Source: Planktothrix sp. GU0601_MAG3
GTDB taxonomy: Bacteria > Cyanobacteriota > Cyanobacteriia > Cyanobacteriales > Microcoleaceae
Length of the DNA stretch: 64,000 bases
Assembly: GCA_035193785.1 (NCBI GenBank)
Contig: CP136572.1
Coordinates: forward strand, 2,196,578-2,260,577
Reading direction: 5' to 3'
Part shown: in pieces, positions 34,784 through 46,903 of the stretch
Layout of the letters: each line of letters opens with the position of its first letter
Position numbering within the stretch: the stretch's first letter is position 1
Program-made: the position numbers and the translations under genes
Notes under the pieces: generated by a model
What the model was told of the DNA's origin: nothing
Databases searched by the model: none
What the model saw: the letters and a program-made list of their open reading frames with translations, nothing else

Positions 34784-37581
34784 TTAGGCTTGAATTAAAA
34801 ATTGACTAGCGGTTAATGCAGGTTTAGTGGTTAAGGTTAAGAATTGAGCACCTGTTCCCAAACCTGTGGCTGTGCCGTTTTGGTTGTAGAATAATCCTCC
34901 GGTTGTGCTGTTATAGACAATATCTGCCGCACTGGTAGCTGCTAAAGCATCGGTGGTAACTTGGGCAAATTCACTGGCGACAGAAAATCCAGTTTCCCGC
35001 AGCACTGCTAATACTGGTAAAGGTGGTTTTATCTAAGACAATTTGATCAGTTTCTGAGATATTAAAATCTGTAATTGTATCCACACCCACCGCAGAAGTC
35101 GTAAATACGGCATTGGTATTGTAGATAAATTTATCCGCACCGAGTCCCCCGGTCAGAGCGTCATTAGCCGCACCGCCACGGAGAGAGTCATTGCCATCAC
35201 CCCCATTAAGAGTATTATTAGCAGTGTTACCCGTAATAATATTAGCCAGAGTATTCCCTGTACCGTTAATGGCTGTAGTTCCGGTTAAGGTCAGGTTTTC
35301 CACATTAGCAGGTAAAGTATAACTAATCGCTGATTGAACTAAGTCGGTTCCTTGGTTGGCTAATTCTGTAACGATATCCCCAGTACCGACAATATAAATA
35401 TCATTACCCGTATTGCCTTTGAGTATATCGTTACCTGCTCCTCCATCGAGGGTATCAATTCCAGCACCGCCATTTAAACTATCATTACCACCAAGACCGG
35501 AAAGTTTGTCATTTCCCCCTAAACCATTAATGATTTCTGGGTTAGCTGTTCCTGTTAGAATATCGTTATTGGGAGTACCATTAATTGGGGGAAATTCTTG
35601 AGTTTTGAAGTTCCAGGTACTATTTCCAGTAATACCCAGATAATTGTTACCTGCAATATCTTTAATTGCACCATTAGCAATTTCAATGTAGTAATCTATA
35701 CCCGTTACTAAATTTGCTGTTGGGTTAATGGTGAGTTGATTGCCATTGAGTATGACATTACTGGCAGTTACGGCGATGGTTTCTACCACCGAGTCATCAG
35801 AGAGTTGCTTGATAACAATATTGCCAGTACCTTTTTGGATGGCTTCGCTGAAGTTGACGACTAGATCAGCAGCAACCGCAACCCCTGTGGCATTATCGGC
35901 TGGAGTGAAACTGCTGGCGGTCGGTGGGGTTGTATCAGGTGCAGCAATATTCAGTTGAATCGAACCTGTAGCAGCCTGAAAACCATCAACAGCTATTTGA
36001 TAGGTTTTCCCAGCCGTGGCATTCAGGCTGATCAGGCTAGTGTAACTACCCCCTCCATCATCATTGGAGTCAATCAGACTCAGGTTATTAACCGCCGACC
36101 CCGTGAACACGGACAAGTAAGTATCGAAATTACTGTTTTTAGTATCAATGGTAAAGGTTCCGCTACTGGGTGCTGTCCAAGACCACCACACCGAGTTAAT
36201 GGTTTCACTTTGCAAGGGTTCGCCTGTTTCTCCGGTGGCTCCCACATTGGAGCCCGTTGTACTCACAGGTAAGTTATATAGCAGAATCCGATTGACAAAG
36301 TGATCATTTGATGGTGCGGGGGTAGATCCCACCAGAGCATTGTTAATATTCAACCGACCTCCTGAAACCGTCTTACCACTCAAAGCGGAAATCGGGTCAG
36401 TTGTTTGCAGCAGCTTGTTTTTAACTTGCTGTGCCGTCCAAGTGGGATTTTGAGACCACAGCAAGGCTGCCGCCCCAGTGACATGGGGAGATGCCATTGA
36501 TGTCCCAGAGATGGTATTGTAGGTTGAGTTAGGCCAGGTGCTATAAATACTCGAACCGGGTGCTCCTAAATCTACAGTGGTGGCTCCATAGTTGGAGAAA
36601 GAGGACAAGCCATCGGTGCGGGTGGTTGAGGCAACAGAGATAATATTAGATAGGTTGTAACTGGCCGGGTAAGAAGGCGTTGTGTCTGTGTTCAATGAAC
36701 TATTACCCGCCGCCGCAATGAATAAAGCTCCCTGTTGTCCGGCAGTATTGATAGCATCGGATAGGGCTTGACTGTAGCCTCCGCCTCCCCAAGAATTATT
36801 TGTAAGTTTGACTCCCTTCGTCGTTGCATAGTTAATCGCGAGGATGGCCTTAGATGTATAGCCCGAACCACCATCACTTAAAAACTTCAGGGGCATAATC
36901 TTGGCATCCCAGGCAACTCCTGTCACTCCCAGGCCGTTATTGCCTTTTCCGGCAATGGTTCCCGAAACATGGGTTTCCGTGTCCATTCCCATCCATCGGG
37001 TTATTGTCGTTATTCGCGAAATCCCAGCCGCGAGTGTCATCGATATATCCGTTATTGTCATTATCGATGCCATCGCCAGGGATTTCCCCAGGATTTGCCC
37101 AAATATTCCCCACTAAGTCGGGGTGGTTGTAATCAACCCCCGTATCAATCACGCCGATTACTAAGTTTTGATTGCCCTTTTGAATATCCCACGCTTCCGG
37201 GGCATCAATATCGGCATCGGGTGTTCCCCCACTTTGACCTGTGTTGTTGAGTCCCCATAATTGGGAATAGCCTGGATCATTGGGAGTTGTGGCTTGAGGT
37301 GTAATTGTTGCTAATTTTTCTTCAGTAGGACTCGGTTCTTGGATATCTTCAAGGGTGATAATATAATCCGGCTCTATGTATTCAATGCGGGGATCGTCTT
37401 TATAAGCGGATATTGTTTGTTCAACTGTTCCTGAAGGGATCTGCCAAATGTCAATTCCAAGTTGGGACGCTTGGGTGACTTTTATGACTCCGATGTCTGC
37501 CTGCAAGTTGGTAATTTCACTGGAATTCGTGGTGGGATTCAGTTTGATAATCACGCGGTCTGAACTAAAATTCGTACCCAT
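34784..37581 (-). CDS. Secreted subtilisin-like S8 serine peptidase + PPC-like + Ig-like (Big_5-type) + RTX repeats (frameshifts near 36975 and 34995)
   Basis: IDTGVD, HG[T]HVSG, AAAGN, GTSMASPHV triad; DTTPPTASSFTPADNAT; RTX nonapeptides; C-terminus FLIQA. Confidence 0.92.
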
Positions 37582-37971
37582 GATAGTTCAACTCCTGTAC
37601 TGGATTGAGTGTTGATGTCTGGTGAGTGAGGCATATTTAAGCCTTCCATCTCAATAGAACTCAATAGAAAATATTTTATCACGGAGATCAACTTATGTTT
37701 AATATTTTTTTAAGTATTTTTTAAATATCAAGAATGAAAGTGAGCTTTTGTTTATGAAAAATGTTTAAACCCTTTTCCGGCAAGGATTAAGAGCTTTTTA
37801 ACTTTATTTAGTTAAAGGTGATTTTTAATTAATATCAAGTCAGAAAAATCCGTAAAAATACTTAAATTCTGAAAATAAATTAATGCAAAAATCTGGGATG
37901 GAAAGTGGGAATATAGTTCAAAGCCTGGTTTTGTGGGGGTTTGAGATGGGTCTTAATATATGTTCAAAATG

Positions 37972-38004
37972 AGAAACCCGGTTTCTGGTAGAAACCGGGT
38001 TTCT
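37972..38004. repeat. AGAAACC(C/G)GGTTTCT palindrome doublet
   Basis: AGAAACCCGGTTTCT-GGT-AGAAACCGGGTTTCT; also at 40962-41026 and inside the MITEs at 53662 and 63584. Confidence 0.85.
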
Positions 38005-38022
38005 CCGCCTCTCAATTTAGAA

Positions 38023-40453
38023 TTAGGCTTGAATTAGAAATTGAGTTGCTGTTAAGACAGGTTTAGTGGTTAAGGTTAAGAATTTAGCACCTGTTCCCAA
38101 ACCTGCGGCTGTGCCGTTTTGGTTGTAGAATAATCCTCCGGTTGTGCTGTTATAGACAATATCTGCCGCACTGGTGGCGGCTAAAGCATCGGTGGTAACT
38201 TGGGCAAATTCACTGGCGACAGAAAATCCAGTTCCCGCAGCACTGCTAATACTGGTAAAGGTGGTTTTATCTAAGACAATTTGATCAGTTTCTGAGATAT
38301 TAAAATCTGTAATTGTATCCACACCCACCGCAGAAGTCGTAAATACGGCATTGGTATTGTAGATAAATTTATCCGCACCGAGTCCCCCGGTCAGAGCGTC
38401 ATTAGCCGCACCGCCACGGAGAGAGTCATTGCCATCACCCCCATTAAGAGTATTATTAGCAGTGTTACCCGTAATAATATTAGCCAGAGTATTCCCTGTA
38501 CCGTTAATGGCTGTAGTTCCGGTTAAGGTCAGGTTTTCCACATTAGCAGGTAAAGTATAACTAATCGCTGATTGAACTAAGTCGGTTCCTTGGTTGGCTA
38601 ATTCTGTAACGATATCCCCAGTACCGACAATATAAATATCATTACCCGTATTGCCTTTGAGTATATCGTTACCTGCTCCTCCATCGAGGGTATCAATTCC
38701 AGCACCGCCATTTAAACTATCATTACCACCATCACCCAAAAGTTGATCATTTCCCCCTAAACCATTAATAGTTTCTGGGTTGGCTGTTCCGGTGAGAATA
38801 TCATTATTAGCCGTACCATTAATCGGAGGAAATCCCTGAGTTTTGAAGTTCCAGGTACTATTTCCGGTAATACCCGCATAATTGTTACCTGCAATATCTT
38901 TAATCGCACCATTAGCGATGCCAACGTAGTAATCTGTACCCTGTAATAAATTTGCTGTTGGGTTAATGGTGAGTTGAGAGCCACTCACGGTGACATTAGC
39001 AGCAGTTACGGCAATGGTTTCGACTACCGAGTTATCAGATAGTTTCTGAATAACAAGATTGCCACTCCCTTTTTGAATCGCTTCGCTGAAATTGGCAACT
39101 AAGTTAGCACCAACTGCAACTTCTGTGGCATTATCGGCCGGGGTGAAACTGTTGGCGGTCGGTGGGGTTGTATCGCCAGATGGGACTGTGCCACTAATAC
39201 TATATTGACCGACTCGTCCGTACTGACCATTACTTTTAACAGAGACAAAATAAGTCCCTGCACTGACTGAGGCATTCAGGTTAGCGAACAGGTTGCTACT
39301 AGAATTGCTCGAAGCAATGACAGTCCCACTACTATCAAGCAGTTGGGCTAGAATATCAAGATTCGGCCCGTATTGGGCAGGATTAATCGTAAAATTAACT
39401 GACCCTGCACCCGTTTGAAATGAAAATACATCAACGTCTGAGGTTCGGGTAATAATACCAGAACGTGTTAATGTTGTTGTTCCTGACAAGGGAGTGGCTG
39501 AAGCGATTGTGTTTCCATAATCGTCACTTCGATAACCGCCAAAACCATTATTAGTTGCCGAGATGACACTCATATCATCTTGGTAAGTCGTCGATCCTAA
39601 ACTACTGGTTCCATTGTGCCAAGTTGTTAGATTTTGGTAATAGCTCAGACCCATTATCGGAGCCCAACCGGTTTCTCCACTCCCAGAAACCTGGACTGTA
39701 CTCTTCCGTCTTATTACCATTGGCATCATAGGTACTCTGATGCTCCAATCCCAAACTATGACCGACTTCGTGAGAAATGGCTTCTGCTGTAGCTTTAGGA
39801 TCACCATTCGCCAGGTTTTCTTCAAATACAAAAACAGGTGTATCGTTGTTCCATTGCCATGAAGTCAACCAAGCAACCCCTCCGGCGGGTGAATCATACC
39901 AAAGATCCCAACTCCCTCCAATCACAGTCCGAGTGTTATAGGCTGAGTTTAAGTTTCCCGGCTCAATAGTGGTTACATCAATATTAAAGGGTGCATAGTC
40001 TTCAGCAACTCGCTTCCAGATTTGTTCTATATTGGCTACTTCTGTTGCAGAAAAGGTTGTGGTATCTGCGTCAATGCTGTAAGCAGGTGTGACAATATTT
40101 GCGCCCCCAGTGAAATCAGTATTCCAATCTGTTCCCGAAGTTGTGTGACCATTAAAATCTAGGAAGATTTTTGATGTGGCATTGGGGTTACTACTGAGGA
40201 GTGGAAGCGATGCTAGTGGAACCGTTGCACCCACCACAGGGGCTGGTGCTAGGGGATATTTGTTAATCAATAGGCTGCGACAACCTTCACAAATACAGCC
40301 TCCTAGGTGATTTTTTAAGGTTAATTTATTCTCCAGGCTGTTTCCTGGGGTGCTAACATTGTCGGTTTCTATTAACGAGTTGCTGGTTTCACTTCCTGTA
40401 TCAGTGGGTTTCGGTTGGACAGTTACACCCTCTGAACTAAAATTCGTACCCAT
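38023..40453 (-). CDS. Secreted metzincin Zn-metalloprotease + PPC + Ig-like (Big_5-type) + RTX repeats (frameshift near 39695)
   Basis: HEVGHSLGLEH, Met-turn APIMG, IFLDFNGH, pro-region CICEGC; C-terminus FLIQA. Confidence 0.9.
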
Positions 40454-41036
40454 GATGATCCAACTCCTATACTAATTATGAACTGGTGGAAATAGACTCG
40501 GGCAGAAATACTATTTACTCTCACTTTTGGTTTGTTCCGTTGGTGCAGTAAAAGTATTTATCTGTTGTGCAATCCTTGATTGAATGTTGATGTCTTGTGA
40601 ATTGGGCTTAGTCAAGCCTTCTATCTCAATAAAAAGTATTATATCACTAAAATTAACTCATGCTAATATTTTTTAAGTATCATAAACGAAAGTGAGTTTT
40701 TATTAATAAAAAATGTTAAAACCCAATTCTGGCAAGGATTAAGAGCTATTTTTAACGTTATTCGGTTAAAGGTAATTTTTAATTGTAGTCAACTGATCAA
40801 ATCCCATGAAATTACTGAATTTTAAGAAAAAATTAATACAAAAATATGAAATACAAAGCGGTTGCTATAGGTCAAAATCGCCGTTTTATGGGGTTTTGCA
40901 GGGATCTTAATATATGTTCAAAATGAGAAGCTGGGTTTCTAGGAACTTAGTCTGGGTATACAGAAACCGGGTTTCTGGAGAGATATTGATGGGATAGAAT
41001 CAATCTCAGGGAGAAACCCGGTTTCTAATATTGTGA

Positions 41037-43448
41037 TTAAAACGGCCATTTCCAGTTAACAATTTCATCTTTGTCAATGCCGTGTTTCATGGGCATAATT
41101 GACATTTTCGATGATTGCATTTTTCATTCTTTCTCGGACATAGGCCGCCGCCGAACCCAATTTGGGAACCCGGTCAATCACGTCTATAACCAGATTAAAA
41201 CGGTCAACTTGGTTATTAATAGCTAACTCCAAGGGAGTATTAATATTCCCCTTCTCTTTGTAGCCTCTAACGTGCAGATTCGCGTGATTTTTCCGACGAT
41301 AGGCTAACTTGTGAATTAACCAAGGATAGCCATGAAAATTAAAGATAATCGGTTTATCTGTGGTAAACAAACTATCAAAATCTCGGTCTGATAACCCGTG
41401 GGGATGTTCCGTATCCGGTTGTAACTTAAATAAATCTACAACGTTGACAAACCGAACTTTCAAATCGGGAATTTCTTCGCGTAAAATAGCCGTTGCAGCT
41501 AACGATTCCATCGTTGCTACATCCCCACAACCCGCCATAATTACATCAGGAATATCAGGATCTTTTCCACAATCATCACTGCTGGCCCATTCCCAAATTC
41601 CAATCCCTTTGGTACAATGTTTAATCGCCTCATCCATCGTCAAAAATTGCAGATGTTTCTGTTTATCCGCAACAATAACGTTGATATAATTGGTACTCTT
41701 TAAACAATGATCGGCAACCGATAATAAACAGTTAGCATCGGGGGGTAAATAAATCCGGGTGACACTGGCACTTTTATTTGTTACCACATCTAAAAAACCC
41801 GGGTCTTGATGACTAAACCCGTTATGATCTTGACGCCAAACCGTTGAAGATAATAATAGATTCAAAGAAGAAATTGGCGATCGCCAAGACACTTCATTTC
41901 GGCAAATATCCAACCATTTCGCGTGTTGGTTGAACATAGAATCAATGACGTGAGCAAAGGCTTCATAGGTATGGAAAAATCCATGGCGTCCGGTGAGTAA
42001 ATACCCTTCTAACCAGCCTTCTAAGGTATGCTCACTCAGAATTTCCATCACCCGGCCATCGGTTGCCAGTTCACTTCCATCTAAATCCTCTGGCAAAAAG
42101 TCCCCTAACCAAGTTTTTTTACTAACCTCATAAATCGCATTTAAACGATTAGAGGCTGTTTCATCGGGGCCAAATACCCGGAAATTTTGCAGATTATTCC
42201 GCATCACATCCCGCAGGAAATTCCCTAGGGGTTTGGTATTTTCCACCCCCGACTTACCCGGATATTCCACTGGCACACCATAGCTACGAAAATCTGGCAA
42301 CCGCAGGTCTTTGCGCAGCACACCCCCGTTAGCATGGGGACTGGAACTCATCCGCTTTGTGCCTTGGGGGGCTAAAGCCTTCAGTTCGGGAATTAAACGG
42401 CCATTTTCGTCAAACAGTTCTTCGGGTTGATAACTGCGCATCCAATCTTCCAACACCTGGAGATGGGGAGGGTTGGTGGTGACATCGGCCATCGGGACTT
42501 GGTGCGCCCGCCAGAAACCCTTCAACTTTATGACCATCGACCTCCGCCGGGCCAGTCCAGCCCTTGGGACTGCGCAAGACAATCATCGGCCACAGGGGAC
42601 GTTTCGCCACTCCCGTTGACCGAGCTTCGGCTTGAATCGCTTTAATTTCAGTGATGGCCGTTTCCAGGATAGCTGCCATTTTTTGGTGCATCAAGGCCGG
42701 GTCTGACCCCTCGACAAAATAGGGTTTATAGCCATAGCCTTTAAACAGGGCTTCCAATTCCTCATGGCTAATCCGCGATAAAATCGTGGGGTTGGCGATT
42801 TTGTAGCCATTCAAATGCAGAACGGGCAATACGGCCCCATCTCGAATCGGGTTGAGAAATTTGTTAGAATGCCAAGCGGTGGCTAGGGCTCCGGTTTCTG
42901 CTTCTCCGTCTCCTACTACGCAAACAGAGATTAAATCGGGGTTATCAAATACAGAACCGTAGGCGTGGGACAAACTATAGCCTAACTCCCCCCCTTCATG
43001 GATGGAAACCGGGGGTTTCCGGGGTGCAGTGGCTACCAATTCCACCGGGAAAAGAGAACTGTTTAAAGAATTTTTGCAGCCCCTCGGCGTCTTCGCTAAT
43101 ATTGGGGTAAATTTCTGAATAGGTTCCTTCTAGGTAAACTGGGGCTAAGACCCCGGGGGCTCCGTGACCTGGGCCAGCTAGATAAATCATATCCAGGTCG
43201 TATTTTTTAATCAGTCGGTTGAGGTGAATGTAGATGAAGCTCAACCCGGGACTCGAACCCCAATGTCCTAATAACCGATGTTTAACGTCGGAAGGTTTTA
43301 GGGTTTCTTTTAATAGGGGATTTTCCCGCAGATAAATCATCCCCACGGCTAGATAATTACAAGCTCGCCAGTAAGCGTTAATCTTACCCAGTTCGTCTTC
43401 ACTTAGGGGGTTACTTGTCTCAACGAGTTTATCCGGTGCAGATACCAT
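41037..43448 (-). CDS. xfp: Phosphoketolase (frameshifts near 43010, 42515 and 41085)
   Basis: [57 protein letters not shown]. Confidence 0.96.
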
Positions 43449-43629
43449 AAGTCCTGACTGTTATAAATGGTTTTCGTTTTCCAAAAATTGAGACTATAAG
43501 ATATCCTTAAACGGCGATTTGCGGTTTGATTGATATCATTAGGTCAAAATTGCTTTAAATGATAGCACGGGTTTTTGAGTTTATAGAGATTCTATTTTTA
43601 TTCTTCCTATTTTTTTAAGATTTGATCGC

Positions 43630-43664
43630 AGCTTAAATGTTAACAAAAGATTAACATTTAAGCT
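43630..43664. promoter_or_regulatory. Perfect palindrome in the divergent xfp / phosphatase-ackA promoter region
   Basis: AGCTTAAATGTTAA-N7-TTAACATTTAAGCT. Confidence 0.5.
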
Positions 43665-43723
43665 CGAAAGGCTAGGAATTCTTTGATCATCTGATATATT
43701 GAGCCAGTGATCCTATTAAAATT

Positions 43724-44362
43724 ATGACTATTACATTGTATTTTTTACGCCATGGGGAAACCTCCTATAGTCAACAGGGCGGTTATTGTGGAAATTTAGA
43801 TCCAGAATTAACCGAAAATGGCTTAAAAATGGCGGAGCAATTTGCCCAGTCCTATCAGAATTTACCTTGGACGGCAGCCTTTGTCAGTCCGATGAAACGA
43901 ACTATTTTGACGGCAAAACCTTTATGTGATCTAGTGGGTTTAGAAATGCAATTTCGGGAGGGTTTAAAAGAAATTGCCTATGGAGAATGGGAAGGAAAAC
44001 TTCCCGCAACTGTTAATGAAAATTACCATGATGATTATGTTAGATGGCTAACTGATCCGGGTTGGAATGCACCGACCGGAGGAGAAAAAGGAATTGATAT
44101 TGCTCGCCGTTCTTCCCAGGTTATTCCAGAAATTGAAGAACGTTATCCATCGGGTAATATTCTAATTGTATCCCATAAAGCTACTATTAGAATTATGTTG
44201 TGTGAATTATTGGGAATTGATATTGGTAGATTCCGCGATCGCATTGCTATGCCGACGGGAGCAGTTAGTAGAGTAGAATTATCCGCTCGCGGGCCGTTAT
44301 TACACACTTTAGCAGATCGTTGTCATTTAGATAAAACTTTACGGTCTTCTATTGGGACTTAA
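43724..44362 (+). CDS. Histidine phosphatase (phosphoglycerate mutase-like)
   Basis: LRHGET, SPMKRT..TA, EIAYGEWEG, VSHKATIR. Confidence 0.9.
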   Translation: MTITLYFLRHGETSYSQQGGYCGNLDPELTENGLKMAEQFAQSYQNLPWTAAFVSPMKRTILTAKPLCDLVGLEMQFREGLKEIAYGEWEGKLPATVNENYHDDYVRWLTDPGWNAPTGGEKGIDIARRSSQVIPEIEERYPSGNILIVSHKATIRIMLCELLGIDIGRFRDRIAMPTGAVSRVELSARGPLLHTLADRCHLDKTLRSSIGT

Positions 44363-44435
44363 AATAGGGATTTAAAGAATTAATTAAATGACACAGCAGC
44401 TTAAATTCTAATCACAATCTCACTTGATTTATCCT

Positions 44436-45663
44436 ATGAAAATATTAATATTAAATGCGGGTTCAAGTTCTCAAAAAAGTTGTCTGTACGAAATTAATGA
44501 GCCCATATTACCCGACTATCCCTTACATCCGATTTGGGAAGCCAATATTGATTGGACAGCTTCTAAAGAATTGGGTTTAATGACCGTCAAAACTGCGAAA
44601 GTTAAACAAGAATATCCCTTAGATTTAAAATCTAAATCCAGGGCGATCGCGCAAATGTTTGATACTCTGATTTTAGGAGAAGCCAAAGTATTAAATAATT
44701 TCTCGGAAATTACCATAGTTGGTCATCGGGTTGTCCATGGGGGTTCAGATTATTCAGAAGCAACATTAATTGATCAAAATGTAAAAGCAACCATTCGGGA
44801 TTTAATTCCCCTCGCTCCCAGTCATAACCCCGCCCATTTAGAAGGAATTGAAGCCGTAGAAACCCTATTAGGAAATATTCCCCAAGTAGCTGTTTTTGAT
44901 ACGGCATTCCATCGAACTATGCCCGATTATGCCACGGTTTATCCCATTCCCTATTCATATTTTCAAGATGGAATCAAACGCTATGGATTTCATGGAACTA
45001 GCCATAAATATTGCGCCCAAAAAACCGCAAAAATCCTAGGAAAACCCTTAGAGTTTTTAAAACTAATTACCTGTCATTTGGGTAATGGATGTTCCTTAGT
45101 GGCAATTAAAGATGGGATTAGTATTAATACAACTATGGGATTTACTCCCCTAGAAGGATTAATGATGGGAACCAGAAGCGGTTCTATTGATCCATCTATT
45201 GTATTATATTTAATCAGTAAATATAAATATGATATTCAGCAAATTAATCAGATTTTAAATAAGGAATCGGGGTTAAAAGGTATTGTCGGGGAGTCGGGAG
45301 ATCTGAGATATGTTTTAACAGAAATGAACGCCGGAAATGCTCAAGCTAAACTGGCTTTTGAGATGTATATTCATCACTTAAAAATGGGAATTGGACAAAT
45401 GTTAGCTAATTTAGGCGGTTTAGATGCGTTAGTTTTTACCGCCGGAGTCGGAGAAACACGCGGAAAAAGTTCGGGAAGCAGCTTGTCAAGGATGGGAGTT
45501 TTTAGGCTTAAAATTAGACTTAGAAAAAAATGCCTCTCACCCGGTTGATCAAGAGATTTCCACCGCAGATTCAAAGGTTAAAATATTAGCAGTTCATACG
45601 GAGGAAGATTGGGCGATCGCTACTGAATGTTGGCATATATTTAATGCCTATACACAACAATAA
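44436..45663 (+). CDS. ackA: Acetate kinase (frameshift near 45455)
   Basis: LNAGSSS.K, GHRVVHGG, FDTAFH, RYGFHGTSH, HLGNG, FTAGVGE; HTEED in the shifted frame. Confidence 0.95.
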
Positions 45664-45723
45664 ATTGTCGGAAATGGTTCTGAATTAACATATAATTTAA
45701 TAAACCAAGAGGAAAAATCAACC

Positions 45724-45837
45724 ATGAATTTACAAGAATTAAAAAACGCCGATTATCAACTTCCCGTCCATGAACGGTTATTACTGGTAGAGTCTATTAT
45801 TAGCCAGTGTACCTTAATTTTATTAAAATCCATTTAA
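45724..45837 (+). pseudogene. 37-aa ORF, probably a truncated small antitoxin-like protein
   Basis: GAGG RBS; MNLQELKNADYQLPVHERLLLVESII; ends just before a REP cluster. Confidence 0.4.
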
Positions 45838-45844
45838 AATCATC

Positions 45845-46176
45845 TGTAGGGGCGGGTTCTCCCCAATGTTTCACATCCCATAATTAACCTTGATAAACCC
45901 GCCCAACCCCACCCCAATGTTTCACATCCCATAATTAACCTTGATAAACCCGCCCAACCCCACCCCAATGTTTCACATCCCATAATTAACCTTGATAAAC
46001 CCGCCCAACCCCACCCCAGATTATAAATCGGGTTTCTCTACAAATCTTGTATTTGTTATCAATAATCTTGTTCAGAAACCCTATTTCTGCACATCGACCC
46101 CACCCCAGATTATAAATCGGGTTTCTCTACAAATCTTGTATTTGTTATCAATAATCTGGAAAAGAAACCCGATTTA
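45845..46176. repeat. REP-derived tandem repeats: 51 bp x3, then ~89 bp x2
   Basis: Units at 45861, 45912, 45963 and at 46014, 46103; begins GTAGGGGCGGGTT. Confidence 0.9.
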
Positions 46177-46178
46177 TG

Positions 46179-46805
46179 TTAAGGTTTAACCCCATGAATT
46201 ACTTGTAAACTTCCTCCCGCATAAAGTTGAGGGGGACTGACATTAAAGCCAGTTTGTGATAGCAATTGAACCAAATCTGTTTTTAACAATTGCCAAGCTG
46301 TTTCCGTTTCAAATAACCAGAGAAACATGGCTACCCCCGGCCAAAATATCGGGTTAGTGGGGGAATGAAAGTCAACCAGGGCAAAAATCCCCCCAGGTTT
46401 GAGGACACGATAAACCTGATTGAGAATTTGTTGCAACTGTTCGGGGTTCATTTCATGCAACGCAGCGCTGGTATGAACGAGATCAAAGCTGTTATCGGCA
46501 AAGGGCAGATTTTCTGCAAACCCTTCAACATATTGGGCTTGGGGCACATTCCTCTGAGCCCGTTGGAGGGACAAGGGAGACGCATCCAACCCCGTGACAT
46601 TCTGGGAATACTGGACTAACACCGATGTTGCTTGTCCACTTCCACAACATAAGTCCAGAACTTGGGTTTCCGGTGTCAGGGTTAACCCGGTTAAGGGTAA
46701 CTCCCGAAACCGACGCTCACCGCCCACACTCAAAGCCGCCAGTCGGGAAATGGTATCATAGAGCCATTGATAGCGGTAACTTAGACTTCGGAGGATAGTT
46801 GCCAT
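46179..46805 (-). CDS. Class I SAM-dependent methyltransferase
   Basis: VLDLCCGSG, GLDAS, LPFADNSFD, RVLKPGG. Confidence 0.9.
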   Translation of the reverse strand: MATILRSLSYRYQWLYDTISRLAALSVGGERRFRELPLTGLTLTPETQVLDLCCGSGQATSVLVQYSQNVTGLDASPLSLQRAQRNVPQAQYVEGFAENLPFADNSFDLVHTSAALHEMNPEQLQQILNQVYRVLKPGGIFALVDFHSPTNPIFWPGVAMFLWLFETETAWQLLKTDLVQLLSQTGFNVSPPQLYAGGSLQVIHGVKP

Positions 46806-46903
46806 ATTGAGAACAATTTTTATAAATTAAAAGATCGACTTAACCCACAAGGACAATATATTATTAAGATAGTTAACGAATCTTAGGATAGGAAGTATCC
46901 GCT

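Noticed and set aside
31476..40453. HIP1 depletion as evidence of horizontal transfer
   Set aside because: By eye a comparable or longer HIP1-free stretch occurs in core genes (about 5.4-21.8 kb), so the gap is not informative
31476..40453. Diversity-generating retroelement template/variable repeat pair
   Set aside because: No reverse transcriptase in the window, differences are not adenine-specific, and all copies are coding
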